A stretch of DNA of 40,045 nt from a virus, in the IMG/VR virus record IMGVR_UViG_3300025465_000001. One strand, given 5' to 3'. Made by a program: the position numbers and the translations under genes. Numbering within the stretch: the stretch's first letter is position 1; each line of letters opens with the position of its first letter. Shown in pieces: positions 1 through 8,779 of the stretch. Below the pieces are notes generated by a model. The model was not told the origin of the DNA and made no database searches. It was given only the letters and a program-made list of their open reading frames with translations.

Positions 1-127
1 ACAAACCCATAGTAGACTGAATTAATCGACGTTCAAGAGCAGTAGCCCAGTATTGACCAATTCGACCAGTAATTGCCGCAACTGGATCTTGTAAAGCTAA
101 ATCAACAGCCAAATCCATTGTAGACCA
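1..127. repeat. Exact 127-bp terminal overlap (1-127 = 39919-40045); redundancy from circular assembly
   Basis: Base-by-base comparison: ACAAACCCATAGTAGACTGA...CCATTGTAGACCA occurs at both ends of the window. The overlap lies inside the capsid ORF. Confidence 0.95.
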
Positions 128-415
128 AGACTGATTTTGACTAGCAAGTCGATACTTCATGATGCCTTTAGTGATCTTGTTCGGGGTAGATGAATTGCCC
201 GTAACATCATCTGAATAGTTAGGCTCTTGCGTTCCTAATGGTTTAAAAAATGGTAGTTCGCCAATATTACCACCAACACTAGCCATTGCAGTAATTCGTG
301 GATCTTCCACCATTACGCCAGATGCCATAAATGCGTTTAATTCAATTTGTGCTTCTTGCTCTGCACCCATAAAAACTAAAGGGTTGTAGATATCTGCAAT
401 TTGTACGTTAGCCAT
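1..415 (-). CDS. Major capsid protein, N-terminal part (gene wraps the junction and continues at 39326-39918)
   Basis: ATG at 415-413. Translation MANVQIADIYNPLVFMGAEQEAQIEL...SWSTMDLAVDLALQDPVAAITG runs through the 127-bp overlap into the 39326..40036 ORF. The joined gene is 1008 nt (335 aa). It sits directly after the scaffold gene. Confidence 0.8.
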   Translation of the reverse strand, partial: MANVQIADIYNPLVFMGAEQEAQIELNAFMASGVMVEDPRITAMASVGGNIGELPFFKPLGTQEPNYSDDVTGNSSTPNKITKGIMKYRLASQNQSWSTMDLAVDLALQDPVAAITGRIGQYWATALERRLIQSTMGL

Positions 416-436
416 GTTATATATACCTTTTATAAA

Positions 437-1084
437 TTAATAGTTAGAGTTTGATTTGTTGGCTTGAATAGCCTGCTCTGTTAATGTCATTTTTTTACCT
501 GCAGCCCTGCTGCTTGGTATGGTATCGGCTCCACTGGAATCTACCCCTTTTAAAATTCTTTTGAATGAGTCTTGCCCATTAGCCCAGCTTTTGAACTCGT
601 CTACATTGTTTGCTACAACTTCACCATTGCTTTTAAACTGTGTGGTTAGTTGGTTCTGGTCATTATAACCAATTTCTAGCATATTTGACAACATAGCACT
701 AGATACGTCTTTAAAGTCGTCATGAATAAGGCTAGATACCTTGCTTAGTACATCATTCTTATCACGAGACATTAGCGCGTCTTTAGCTGTTTTGGCTGTT
801 GCTGTTAGCTCTGCCGTTGTTGTTGCAAGCTGCTCTTCATAGAATGATTTTAACTCTTCGGTTTTTCCGGCTGCAATAAGATTTTCTTCATGCGCCTTTG
901 CCGCTGCCTTGCGTGCATCTTCAATAACTTGATCTTTCTCTTGAGACGATTGCTGGACATTGCGTTTTTCTCCAATCAATTCCTCGACCTTGCTTTTTAA
1001 TCCGCCTATTTCTGAATCAAATAAAGCTGATAACTTAGCCGTTTGCTCTTCGTTAAGTCCGTCAATGCCTGTTAAATCTACCAT
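437..1084 (-). CDS. Scaffolding protein (putative)
   Basis: 215 aa, charged, Ala/Glu/Lys-rich and coiled-coil-like. Located between the MuF-like head protein and the capsid gene. No prohead protease is present. Confidence 0.6.
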   Translation of the reverse strand: MVDLTGIDGLNEEQTAKLSALFDSEIGGLKSKVEELIGEKRNVQQSSQEKDQVIEDARKAAAKAHEENLIAAGKTEELKSFYEEQLATTTAELTATAKTAKDALMSRDKNDVLSKVSSLIHDDFKDVSSAMLSNMLEIGYNDQNQLTTQFKSNGEVVANNVDEFKSWANGQDSFKRILKGVDSSGADTIPSSRAAGKKMTLTEQAIQANKSNSNY

Positions 1085-1128
1085 TTTTGTAATCCCCCAA
1101 GGATCGTAGTTGTGGCACTCAGTGCCGT

Positions 1129-2253
1129 TTATGTATTCGGTTTGTTTTGTGCGCGTAATATGCGACCTAGCTCATTGTTCTTTTGCTTCATCTGCTTAAT
1201 GGTTAACGGGTTATTCATGCTATCGCCTGTCATTTTAGCAAACTTTGCAGCATCCATCTTCCTTAGTGCTTTACCTAATGTTGGGCCAATTGCCGCATCT
1301 TGATCACGCGCACTTAGCTTTTTAAGATTCTCGTAATAGATAGAATCACTATCAATAGGCTTAGGATCACGCTTACCATCAACATTAAAGCTAGATGCCT
1401 TTTTAGTTTCATCGGTATCAAGTTTAAATCTATCATCGACTTCATACGTTAAAGCACTTCTACAATTCGGGTGTAAAGGCGGTGTAACACTACTTAGCTT
1501 AGGAGAATTAGCAGGCCAAACGGTCTGGTCTAGCCTTGCGCATGTTCTCGAAGTCTTTGAGTCGTTAACAGCTAAGAACCTATAGCCCTTTAATATATCG
1601 TCATTCTCATCAACGAAAGCTATTCTTGCAGTATTAGCGTAATGATTAGTGCCAGTTACAGCTAATTGCCTTGCTGCTCTTGTTGCTCTATCTAATACAC
1701 TTTTAGTCGTGCCTGACTTTGATAAATCCATTTGTGATGTAATAGCCTTTGTTATTTCTGGAATAGTTTGCCCTTCCAAAAATCCAGCTTGTACAATACC
1801 ATCAATCTCACTCGTCCACTTCTGCCAATAATTTGACATCATAGAAGAGTAAGCAGAATAACTATTAGCGCCAAGTTTAACAGGTGTGATAGTAGCAACG
1901 CTATTAACAGCAGCAGCACTCGGAACCGTTGAGTTAAAATCTTCGTTTTGCACCACTCCGTTTAGTGTAGTCGCTGCAAACTCTGCCTCGTAAGCTCCTA
2001 TCGCCCTATTCTCAACTTTAAGCGCTGATGTATAGTCTTGCAGGTGTTTACGTGTAGCCTCGTTTATTTGCTTCTGTATATCCAGCTGTAAAGCGATAGT
2101 TACTTTACGCTTACGGTATTTGTTAAGGATAGATACAACATCATTCTCTATAGACTCAAGGTATGGAATAACCTTTAAGCCTTCAGTAGCGCCTAACCTC
2201 TGCAAGAAGATAGTATGCTGAGAATATATAGTTGTTAGCTGCTCAACTGGCAT
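1129..2253 (-). CDS. Head morphogenesis protein, Mu gpF / SPP1 gp7-like
   Basis: Contains RTCARLDQTVW...PPLHPNCRSALTYE, which resembles the conserved Mu-F family C-terminal motif. Lies immediately downstream of the portal with a start/stop overlap. Confidence 0.8.
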   Translation of the reverse strand: MPVEQLTTIYSQHTIFLQRLGATEGLKVIPYLESIENDVVSILNKYRKRKVTIALQLDIQKQINEATRKHLQDYTSALKVENRAIGAYEAEFAATTLNGVVQNEDFNSTVPSAAAVNSVATITPVKLGANSYSAYSSMMSNYWQKWTSEIDGIVQAGFLEGQTIPEITKAITSQMDLSKSGTTKSVLDRATRAARQLAVTGTNHYANTARIAFVDENDDILKGYRFLAVNDSKTSRTCARLDQTVWPANSPKLSSVTPPLHPNCRSALTYEVDDRFKLDTDETKKASSFNVDGKRDPKPIDSDSIYYENLKKLSARDQDAAIGPTLGKALRKMDAAKFAKMTGDSMNNPLTIKQMKQKNNELGRILRAQNKPNT

Positions 2254-3776
2254 TATTCACTAGCCTGTGAAGTTGCTAACTTTTCTAAGGCATCGTCTAG
2301 TTGAGCTTGTAACGCCGCCATTTCTTCAGGGCCACCACCTGTTAACATTTGTTGGTCATTCAAAGCCTGTGCAATACCTTCATCATCCAAGTCCGTTAAC
2401 TCAGCTTTTCTAGCAACTTCATTCAATGTTACAGCAGGTAAAATACCGCCTTGAACTAATGCCATATGAGCGTTAATCATCTCAGGCGTTAAATCATCAG
2501 TAATAAAATCAGAGTTTAGCTTGTACGTTGAAGTGCTTTCTTCGCCTAAGAATTGCGCGGTCCATGTAAATAATTGCTTGAAGCCGTCACTGATATTATA
2601 TGAAATTCTTTTAAGTGCTGACATCGACGCATTTGCATCAATACGTTTAGCTCCTAAAGTTTCATTTGCTGAGTTATCAGTAACTAATTGAGCGCCTGAC
2701 ATTACCATGCGGTCCTCATCACGAAGCATCTCTGAAGGTATTGCGCCAGTGGATGCAATCTGAACTATTTCAACCCTGTCATTAACCCCGAATTGATTCT
2801 TCCCTTTTGCGCCAACATCTAAGCCATTAGGGTTAGCCTCCTGAAAATCATCACCGCTTTCTACGAAAATATTAGTCATGCCTTGTCCGTGAAAGTGCAA
2901 GTTATCGCGGTTATCACAATCTAAAACAAAGTGGCCCAAGTTAGAATTGGCTAAATCATATAAAGGTAATTTGGAGTATTCAGGGCTATTATCATCAGCA
3001 CCAAAGAATTGAAAAGGTATCTCATTCAACAAAGAGCCGTTAGCTACTGGGGTTACGTCAGATAAAAGTTTGTTTGTATCATCCCATAGCTGGTTATGAT
3101 ACACGCCATCTACAATAATTAACCTGCGTATATACTCTTTATCTTCCCAATCAAATTCGTTTTTCTGAACGCTTTTTATTTCTATTAATCTGATTTCGTC
3201 TATAGCGCAAGAATCACCTGATGATCTAAAGTATATAATCTTGTCAGCTTCGTACTGTATCCACTTAGGTAGAAACTTTCCGCTTTCGTTTTGTGCACGC
3301 GTTAACTGAACTCTTTCTCCTGACTCGCTTACTGGCGACGAAGGCATATCAACTAAAATACCGTACCTTGCGTCACCAATTACAGACGCGGTAGTTTTCT
3401 GAGCTACTTCACGCAACCCACATCCTGTACCATCTGCATTATCAATTATGTATTCTAGTTTAGGCTGAATATCTTGCTCTGGCTCTTTACTCCAAATCAT
3501 TCCACCAAGAGTTTCATAAGTTCGGCCAGTAGCAGGAAACCAACGACCACGCGACCAATAAGACTCAACGCGCAATGAATTTTGAATATTACAGCGCTCG
3601 CCTTGTGCTATGGCTTCTTTGCTCATCCAGTCGTATGAGGTAAATAATTTATATTGCGGCCCCGGTAAGCAGCTAATAATCTTTAACACTTCATATTTAC
3701 CAGCAATAGCCGCGCGAGTTTGCTCACGAAGTTCATATTGCTCAGTATATTTATAATCTCTTTCGTCTAATGCCAT
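2253..3776 (-). CDS. Portal protein
   Basis: About 507 aa. Positioned upstream of the MuF-like gene in the head module, with an acidic C-terminus. The track start at 3782 is GTG; the ATG at 3776 with AAGG upstream is preferred. Confidence 0.8.
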   Translation of the reverse strand: MALDERDYKYTEQYELREQTRAAIAGKYEVLKIISCLPGPQYKLFTSYDWMSKEAIAQGERCNIQNSLRVESYWSRGRWFPATGRTYETLGGMIWSKEPEQDIQPKLEYIIDNADGTGCGLREVAQKTTASVIGDARYGILVDMPSSPVSESGERVQLTRAQNESGKFLPKWIQYEADKIIYFRSSGDSCAIDEIRLIEIKSVQKNEFDWEDKEYIRRLIIVDGVYHNQLWDDTNKLLSDVTPVANGSLLNEIPFQFFGADDNSPEYSKLPLYDLANSNLGHFVLDCDNRDNLHFHGQGMTNIFVESGDDFQEANPNGLDVGAKGKNQFGVNDRVEIVQIASTGAIPSEMLRDEDRMVMSGAQLVTDNSANETLGAKRIDANASMSALKRISYNISDGFKQLFTWTAQFLGEESTSTYKLNSDFITDDLTPEMINAHMALVQGGILPAVTLNEVARKAELTDLDDEGIAQALNDQQMLTGGGPEEMAALQAQLDDALEKLATSQASE

Positions 3777-3838
3777 CGTCACAGCCTTGTATAATTTTCT
3801 TTATTATATCACTAATAGGTAAATAATTTAAACTTACC

Positions 3839-3867
3839 TTGCAATGGTGCAAAAGGTGAATTAATAT
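3839..3867 (+). promoter_or_regulatory. Sigma70-like promoter of the plus-strand island
   Basis: TTGCAA (3839-3844), 17-nt spacer, TAATAT (3862-3867). Lies about 33 nt upstream of the ATG at 3900. Confidence 0.45.
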
Positions 3868-3899
3868 AATGCAAAAGATAACAAATAACGGGGTTTATA

Positions 3900-4064
3900 A
3901 TGAAAAAATTGACAAGAAAGATTAGAAACAAAGGTTATACGCTTTTAGAGTTCTGCGAGATTATCGGCTATTCGCTGCGTTGGTATAGAGAGCATGCAAC
4001 TAAGGATAATAAGCAGAATAGAAAGATAGTTGATGAGATTGAACAATTGGAGAATAAACAATGA
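3900..4064 (+). CDS. Small HTH DNA-binding protein (54 aa, below the track cutoff)
   Basis: MKKLTRKIRNKGYTLLEFCEIIGYSLRWYREH... shows a helix-turn-helix-like pattern. Its stop overlaps the next start (ATGA at 4061-4064). Confidence 0.55.
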   Translation: MKKLTRKIRNKGYTLLEFCEIIGYSLRWYREHATKDNKQNRKIVDEIEQLENKQ

Positions 4065-4315
4065 TTAAACTACCAAAAGATATGACTATAAATAAAGAAA
4101 GGCCGTCTACTGTATATTCAATCGTCACGGGCATAGCGATATATCACCTACTTATACTCGTTGGCTTTGCTTTAAGCTCGTTTATAACTATGGAAAATCA
4201 ATTTAAATTAATATCATTTTTTGATTGGCCTGAGTTTGCGCGGTTTGCTTATGTGGTTTTTTACTTTCCTGTGCTTGTTGTTAGTTATGCCATCAATAAT
4301 AAATCTGGAGAGTAA
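4061..4315 (+). CDS. Membrane protein (two predicted TM segments)
   Basis: Hydrophobic stretches IVTGIAIYHLLILVGFALSSFI and FAYVVFYFPVLVVSYAI. Translationally coupled to the upstream ORF. Confidence 0.6.
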   Translation: MIKLPKDMTINKERPSTVYSIVTGIAIYHLLILVGFALSSFITMENQFKLISFFDWPEFARFAYVVFYFPVLVVSYAINNKSGE

Positions 4316-4318
4316 ACA

Positions 4319-5044
4319 ATGAAAAAATTAATAGATGCAGTGAATGAGTTTGAGGGTGATATGGGATGTTATAATTACATTTTTGTTGGTACTAATAAAA
4401 ACAAATTAAATAGAGGTGTGTCACAACTCACTCTTTCTACTATTAACAATGATTCATGGTGGGAGTTATGTGGTCGGCATGAATTCCTAGCAACAGTAGC
4501 AGAATGCGAAGCTAATTTTGGTGAGTGTATTACATACGCTGAATATAAAACAGAATACGCACGTAAGGAAAAGGTAATTATAATGTTAGATGAATTACAT
4601 AAATTGATAGATGATCCAGTTAAGGAGTTAGATGTGCTTATTAATTGCACATCTAATAATGATCAACAACCAGCCCAAGTCTTCACACAAGCTATGGCTG
4701 ATAACGGTGAATTTCCTAGTGCTGGTATGGAGTGTGAGTTAGTTATATTTGAAAACTTAACATCACTGGGTCATATAGAATTCAAGAATGAAGTTGGTTT
4801 TTTGTTTAGATACAAAGAAAATAACCTATGTGATTTTATGGAGTTTAGTAGTGATGTGGTATTCAAGCCACTAACTCAATCTATAGAGTTAATAGATGGT
4901 AAGGCTTATCAGTTTACCAATATTGAAGATAATACCATTCATGGGATATATGACGAGGATGAGCATTCATTCAGAGGAACTTGTGTTGAATGGGTCGCTA
5001 ACTCTTGCACCAACATTCGACCATTAACAGTAGAGGTTAAGTAG
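4319..5044 (+). CDS. Hypothetical protein (241 aa, Cys-rich, no recognisable motif)
   Basis: Long ORF in the island with GGAG upstream of the ATG. The antisense ORF 4375..4650 is a shadow. Confidence 0.7.
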   Translation: MKKLIDAVNEFEGDMGCYNYIFVGTNKNKLNRGVSQLTLSTINNDSWWELCGRHEFLATVAECEANFGECITYAEYKTEYARKEKVIIMLDELHKLIDDPVKELDVLINCTSNNDQQPAQVFTQAMADNGEFPSAGMECELVIFENLTSLGHIEFKNEVGFLFRYKENNLCDFMEFSSDVVFKPLTQSIELIDGKAYQFTNIEDNTIHGIYDEDEHSFRGTCVEWVANSCTNIRPLTVEVK

Positions 5045-5218
5045 ATGACACATGAGCAAATAATAAATACACTCCTAATCTTTGCGATATGCCTAGCGGT
5101 ATTTGCTATTATACGCGAGTTAATATGCTGGTACTTTAAGATTAATAAGCGGGTAGAATTGCAAGAGAAAATACTTGCTGAGTTGGTGAAGATTAATAAT
5201 AAAGGTGATAGTTTATGA
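5045..5218 (+). CDS. Small single-pass membrane protein (57 aa, not in the track)
   Basis: MTHEQIINTLLIFAICLAVFAIIRELICWYFK... The ATG follows the previous stop directly. Its stop overlaps the next ATG (ATGA at 5215-5218). Confidence 0.45.
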   Translation: MTHEQIINTLLIFAICLAVFAIIRELICWYFKINKRVELQEKILAELVKINNKGDSL

Positions 5219-5397
5219 GATACTTTTTAATTAGAGGTGACTTGGTATTCTTTGATAAAATTGACTACATAGAGACTGAAGAAGATTACGTTATCATTAG
5301 ATTTTGCAGTGGCAACGTTGCTCAGTACAGATATAAAGATAACGAATCAGCGGTTAAGTGTATCGACTCAATAGCTACGCAGATGTCATTGAGCTAG
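5215..5397 (+). CDS. Hypothetical protein (60 aa)
   Basis: Last ORF of the island. Its stop overlaps the terL stop on the opposite strand within CTAG at 5394-5397. Confidence 0.5.
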   Translation: MRYFLIRGDLVFFDKIDYIETEEDYVIIRFCSGNVAQYRYKDNESAVKCIDSIATQMSLS

Positions 5398-6632
5398 TCA
5401 ATATTTAACCTTCCGCGCTTACCTTTGGCGTGATATTTCTCAGTAGCATATCTAAGGCTATCAATAAAATGGTTGAAATCATCAACTGGTTTATTGGTAG
5501 TCTTATTTGTTTTCTTATCTACAGCCCAAGAGTAGTTATTAAACTCTGTCATAAACTCCACTAAGTGAGCGTTTAATATAATCTCATAGTCTAATAGGAA
5601 ATCTATACCTGAATTGATAGAGTCCTTACCTTTTAACGCGCCACTAATACGAACACCTTTAGCTTTGATAGCATCAATTGACTTAGGCTCTGAGCTATCA
5701 GCAGTGGTTGCGTGCCTATGTAATAGCATATCTTTTATTTTTGTTGATATGGAATTATTAGATAATCCTTTCTCGTAGAAGCCATCGTATATAAATAGCT
5801 TCTTGTTCTTTAAGTCGATAAAGCTTTGATTGAATGCAGATGGATCGTTAGTGTAACCAAAATCTAATCCTTGGATACTATCTAAACCTCTTATTTCTTC
5901 CTCGCGTATTAATCGCTGCTCAACGTTTTGAAATATCAATCCTTCAGCAGTTCCCCAATTACCCAGTGCATAAATATTATAGTATCGCGGGTTAGACTTC
6001 TTTTTGTTGTTCATTACCATTTTATACTCATCATCTATAAATGAGTTGTCCAGGTAAGTTGTCTTTAATGTGAATACACCATCAATAGGATCATCAAAGA
6101 ATATTTTCTTTATCCAGTGCTGGTCACTGATAGGGTTAAATGTGAAGGTGATTTGTTTTGCTGAATTGTGATCGCCCCTTAATCGCAAATCTAACTGTTC
6201 GAAATCTTCTTGTGTTAGTTCGGTTGCCTCCTCGCACCAGATACTTGTAACGCCCTCAATGGATTTTAGCTTCTCTACATCGTCCATGCCGGTAAACATG
6301 ATTTGCGAGCCTGTTGGTCTAAATACCATTGTCAGGTCAGTTAAATTTATATCAAAGTAGCTTGTCAAACCCCACTGAGAAATAAGGTTTTTCATTAAGG
6401 CGAATACAGACCGCTTTATCGTCCTGTTTACCTTTCTTGTGATTAGATAGTTATGCTTCTGACTTATAACGCGATACAACACGCGACGAGCCACTTTATG
6501 TGACTTGCCACTACCTGCGCCACCCCATATTATTTGATAACGAGATTCATCTTTAAAGTATGGAATGAATGCAGGAGAAGTCCTTTTCATGTATTCGCGA
6601 ATATTAGCGAGGTCGACAACTCTACCAGTCAT
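5394..6632 (-). CDS. terL: Terminase large subunit
   Basis: Walker A WGGAGSGKS followed by a C-terminal nuclease-like region. Lies downstream of terS. The track start at 6659 is TTG; the ATG at 6632 overlaps the end of terS. Confidence 0.9.
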   Translation of the reverse strand: MTGRVVDLANIREYMKRTSPAFIPYFKDESRYQIIWGGAGSGKSHKVARRVLYRVISQKHNYLITRKVNRTIKRSVFALMKNLISQWGLTSYFDINLTDLTMVFRPTGSQIMFTGMDDVEKLKSIEGVTSIWCEEATELTQEDFEQLDLRLRGDHNSAKQITFTFNPISDQHWIKKIFFDDPIDGVFTLKTTYLDNSFIDDEYKMVMNNKKKSNPRYYNIYALGNWGTAEGLIFQNVEQRLIREEEIRGLDSIQGLDFGYTNDPSAFNQSFIDLKNKKLFIYDGFYEKGLSNNSISTKIKDMLLHRHATTADSSEPKSIDAIKAKGVRISGALKGKDSINSGIDFLLDYEIILNAHLVEFMTEFNNYSWAVDKKTNKTTNKPVDDFNHFIDSLRYATEKYHAKGKRGRLNID

Positions 6633-7020
6633 GCGTACCGCTATCAGTGATAACTTCAACGTGCTCTAGTGTTTGCGTCTCCTTCCAGCCAGCTTGCGTT
6701 TTCAGATAGAATATCATAGCAACATTATCACCACTTTGCGCTTTCGTTAGTAATGACTTTGCAATGTTACCTATCGCCTTCGCTTTTCCTTTCTTATAAC
6801 GTAAAGAAACCTCTGGCTGGCGTTTCATTATTTCGTAGAATGTCGGCTTGCTGATGCTAAAGTAATCAGCTATTTGTTCAATAGATAATACAGCACCCAG
6901 CGCTTCAACTTGTGAAATTTCTTCATCAGATAACACTACAGGAGGTCTGCCGCCTTTATCGACTTCTGGACGTTTAGCCGTCTGGCTGTCTAGATTTCTT
7001 TCATCATCATAATGGCTCAT
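6622..7020 (-). CDS. terS: Terminase small subunit (HTH)
   Basis: 132 aa. The pattern GGRPPVVLSDEEISQVEALGAVLSIEQIADYFSISKPTFYE is typical of the N-terminal HTH of small terminases. Directly precedes terL. Confidence 0.75.
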   Translation of the reverse strand: MSHYDDERNLDSQTAKRPEVDKGGRPPVVLSDEEISQVEALGAVLSIEQIADYFSISKPTFYEIMKRQPEVSLRYKKGKAKAIGNIAKSLLTKAQSGDNVAMIFYLKTQAGWKETQTLEHVEVITDSGTHDW

Positions 7021-8231
7021 GATTCACGCTCCTGTTTTAATTCCTCGTAAGTCTTGCCGCTTTCAATGTGAGTTGCTTTTTGCCCTGTGAAGCTTTCCCA
7101 GCGTTTGATAATTACATCAACGTATTTTTCGTCTAACTCCATCAATCTAGCTTTTCTGTTTATCTTCTCACAAGCCAGCAATGTTGATCCACTACCTCCA
7201 AATAAATCTAATACAATCGCGCCTTTTTTGGTTGTTTTATCTATAGCCTCTTCCGCTAATGCCACAGGTTTTTGTGTTGGATGCGTATATTCTGCAGCAC
7301 CATCTTTACTTACCTTCCAAACGCTACCGATACGCTTACCAGTTAATTCTGCGCCTCGATGCCATACCAGCGCTGTTTCATAGTCGCTAGAGAATGTTTT
7401 CTTTAAATCACCAATACCGCCACCACCTTTAAACCATATAACCTGATTAGATGGATATCCAAATGATTCAAATTGGTCTAACCACTTAGTAAGCACCTTC
7501 CAACTAGTCCAAACAAACACCCAACCTTTTGAGCACGAGTCAATAACAGGAGCGATATCTAAAAATACGTCGTCATTTTTCAAAACTTCGAATTTATCTG
7601 ATTTTGTACGCATATTCGACTGGTAACTCACACCATAAGGAGGATCGGTGTTTACCATATCCGCAAGCTTACCCTCGAGTAATAACTCTGCGCTATCAAT
7701 ACTCGTACTATCACCACACATCAAACGGTGATTACCTAACTGCCAAATGTCACCCAATACACTTACAGGTGTTTCAGGTGCTTCTGGTACTTCATCTTCA
7801 TCAGTTAGCCCTTCATCCATCTGGACGTCTAAAAGTCCATCTAAGAATTCATCATCAAAGCCTAGTACATCAATATCAAAATCTAGCTCTTGCAGCGTTT
7901 CAACCTCAAGTTTTAACTTATCAAGATCCCAACCAGCATTTAATGGTAATTGGTTATCGGCAATTATATATGCCTTCTTCTGCGCCTCTGTAAGGCCTTT
8001 TAATATTATACAAGGCACTTCATCGAGTTTGAGTTTTTTAGCCGCCATTACGCGGCCATGACCCGCTATTAAACCGCCATCTTCATCAATCAATACTGGT
8101 GATGTAAATCCGAATTCTTTTATGCTTGCGGCAACCTGATTAACTTGCTCATCAGAGTGTGTACGTGAATTGTTTATGTATGGTATTAAATCTGTGGTTT
8201 TTCTTATTTCGTGCTTATAGTGTTCGTTCAT
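7017..8231 (-). CDS. ParB-like nuclease domain fused to a DNA amino-methyltransferase (N6A/N4C, beta class)
   Basis: N-terminal ParB/Srx-like region (FGFTSPVLIDEDGGLIAGHGRVMAA). Motif IV TDPPYG precedes motif I LDLFGGSGST. ATGA overlap with terS. Confidence 0.85.
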   Translation of the reverse strand: MNEHYKHEIRKTTDLIPYINNSRTHSDEQVNQVAASIKEFGFTSPVLIDEDGGLIAGHGRVMAAKKLKLDEVPCIILKGLTEAQKKAYIIADNQLPLNAGWDLDKLKLEVETLQELDFDIDVLGFDDEFLDGLLDVQMDEGLTDEDEVPEAPETPVSVLGDIWQLGNHRLMCGDSTSIDSAELLLEGKLADMVNTDPPYGVSYQSNMRTKSDKFEVLKNDDVFLDIAPVIDSCSKGWVFVWTSWKVLTKWLDQFESFGYPSNQVIWFKGGGGIGDLKKTFSSDYETALVWHRGAELTGKRIGSVWKVSKDGAAEYTHPTQKPVALAEEAIDKTTKKGAIVLDLFGGSGSTLLACEKINRKARLMELDEKYVDVIIKRWESFTGQKATHIESGKTYEELKQERES

Positions 8232-8253
8232 CTCAACCCCCGAGGTTTTAATG

Positions 8254-8270
8254 TTATCTCTCAGAGATAA
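8254..8270. promoter_or_regulatory. Perfect 17-bp palindrome TTATCTCTCAGAGATAA upstream of the ParB-MTase gene
   Basis: 8+1+8 dyad located 23 nt upstream of the ATG at 8231. No T-tract follows, so it looks operator-like rather than terminator-like. Confidence 0.4.
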
Positions 8271-8294
8271 GCGGCTTTTACACCGCGTTTATTT

Positions 8295-8747
8295 TTATGC
8301 TGTTACTGTAATATTAACTGTTCCGGCTGCGTCGAACGTAACCGTTAAATCGTTATTAACTAAATCGATAGCATCACCATCAGCCGCACCTAACTGAATT
8401 GCATGATAACAGTCACTAGTAGCAGTTGAGTTAATAATCAATAACGTCTTAGCTGTTGTCGGGCTTGCTGCTAACTTAGTCAAGCTAATATCAGTAAAAT
8501 CTAATTTACTTACACCTGCCGCAATAGTCCAAGCGTTACCAGGTAAAGCGTTACCGCCTGCCGTATAGTTACCGCCTGCACCTACTTCAGTAAAACTTGA
8601 TAGTGTAGGGTCAACAGTTGCCACATCTACAGTAGAGTAAGCGTCTGTAACAAATGCGTACTTAAACACATCATTAACGTTATCATAAAGCTTTTTGCCT
8701 GCTTTAAACGGGTAGTATTGAAATGTTTTTAATGAACCTTGAGCCAT
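8295..8747 (-). CDS. Hypothetical protein, beta-rich (possible virion protein)
   Basis: 150 aa, rich in Thr/Ala/Gly. Last gene of the displaced fibre-like trio. Confidence 0.6.
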   Translation of the reverse strand: MAQGSLKTFQYYPFKAGKKLYDNVNDVFKYAFVTDAYSTVDVATVDPTLSSFTEVGAGGNYTAGGNALPGNAWTIAAGVSKLDFTDISLTKLAASPTTAKTLLIINSTATSDCYHAIQLGAADGDAIDLVNNDLTVTFDAAGTVNITVTA

Positions 8748-8779
8748 TGTCTTAACCTCTTAAAATTTTATGTATTGTA

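Noticed and set aside
1-127. True direct terminal repeats (DTR packaging)
   Set aside because: The repeat lies inside the capsid ORF and is an exact 127 bp, a common assembler k-mer length. It is more simply explained as circular-assembly overlap.
7604-8061. Two long plus-strand ORFs (7604..7993 and 7747..8061), plus 7087..7383
   Set aside because: They are embedded antisense in the well-supported ParB-MTase gene, with low-complexity Ser/His-rich translations and no start context.
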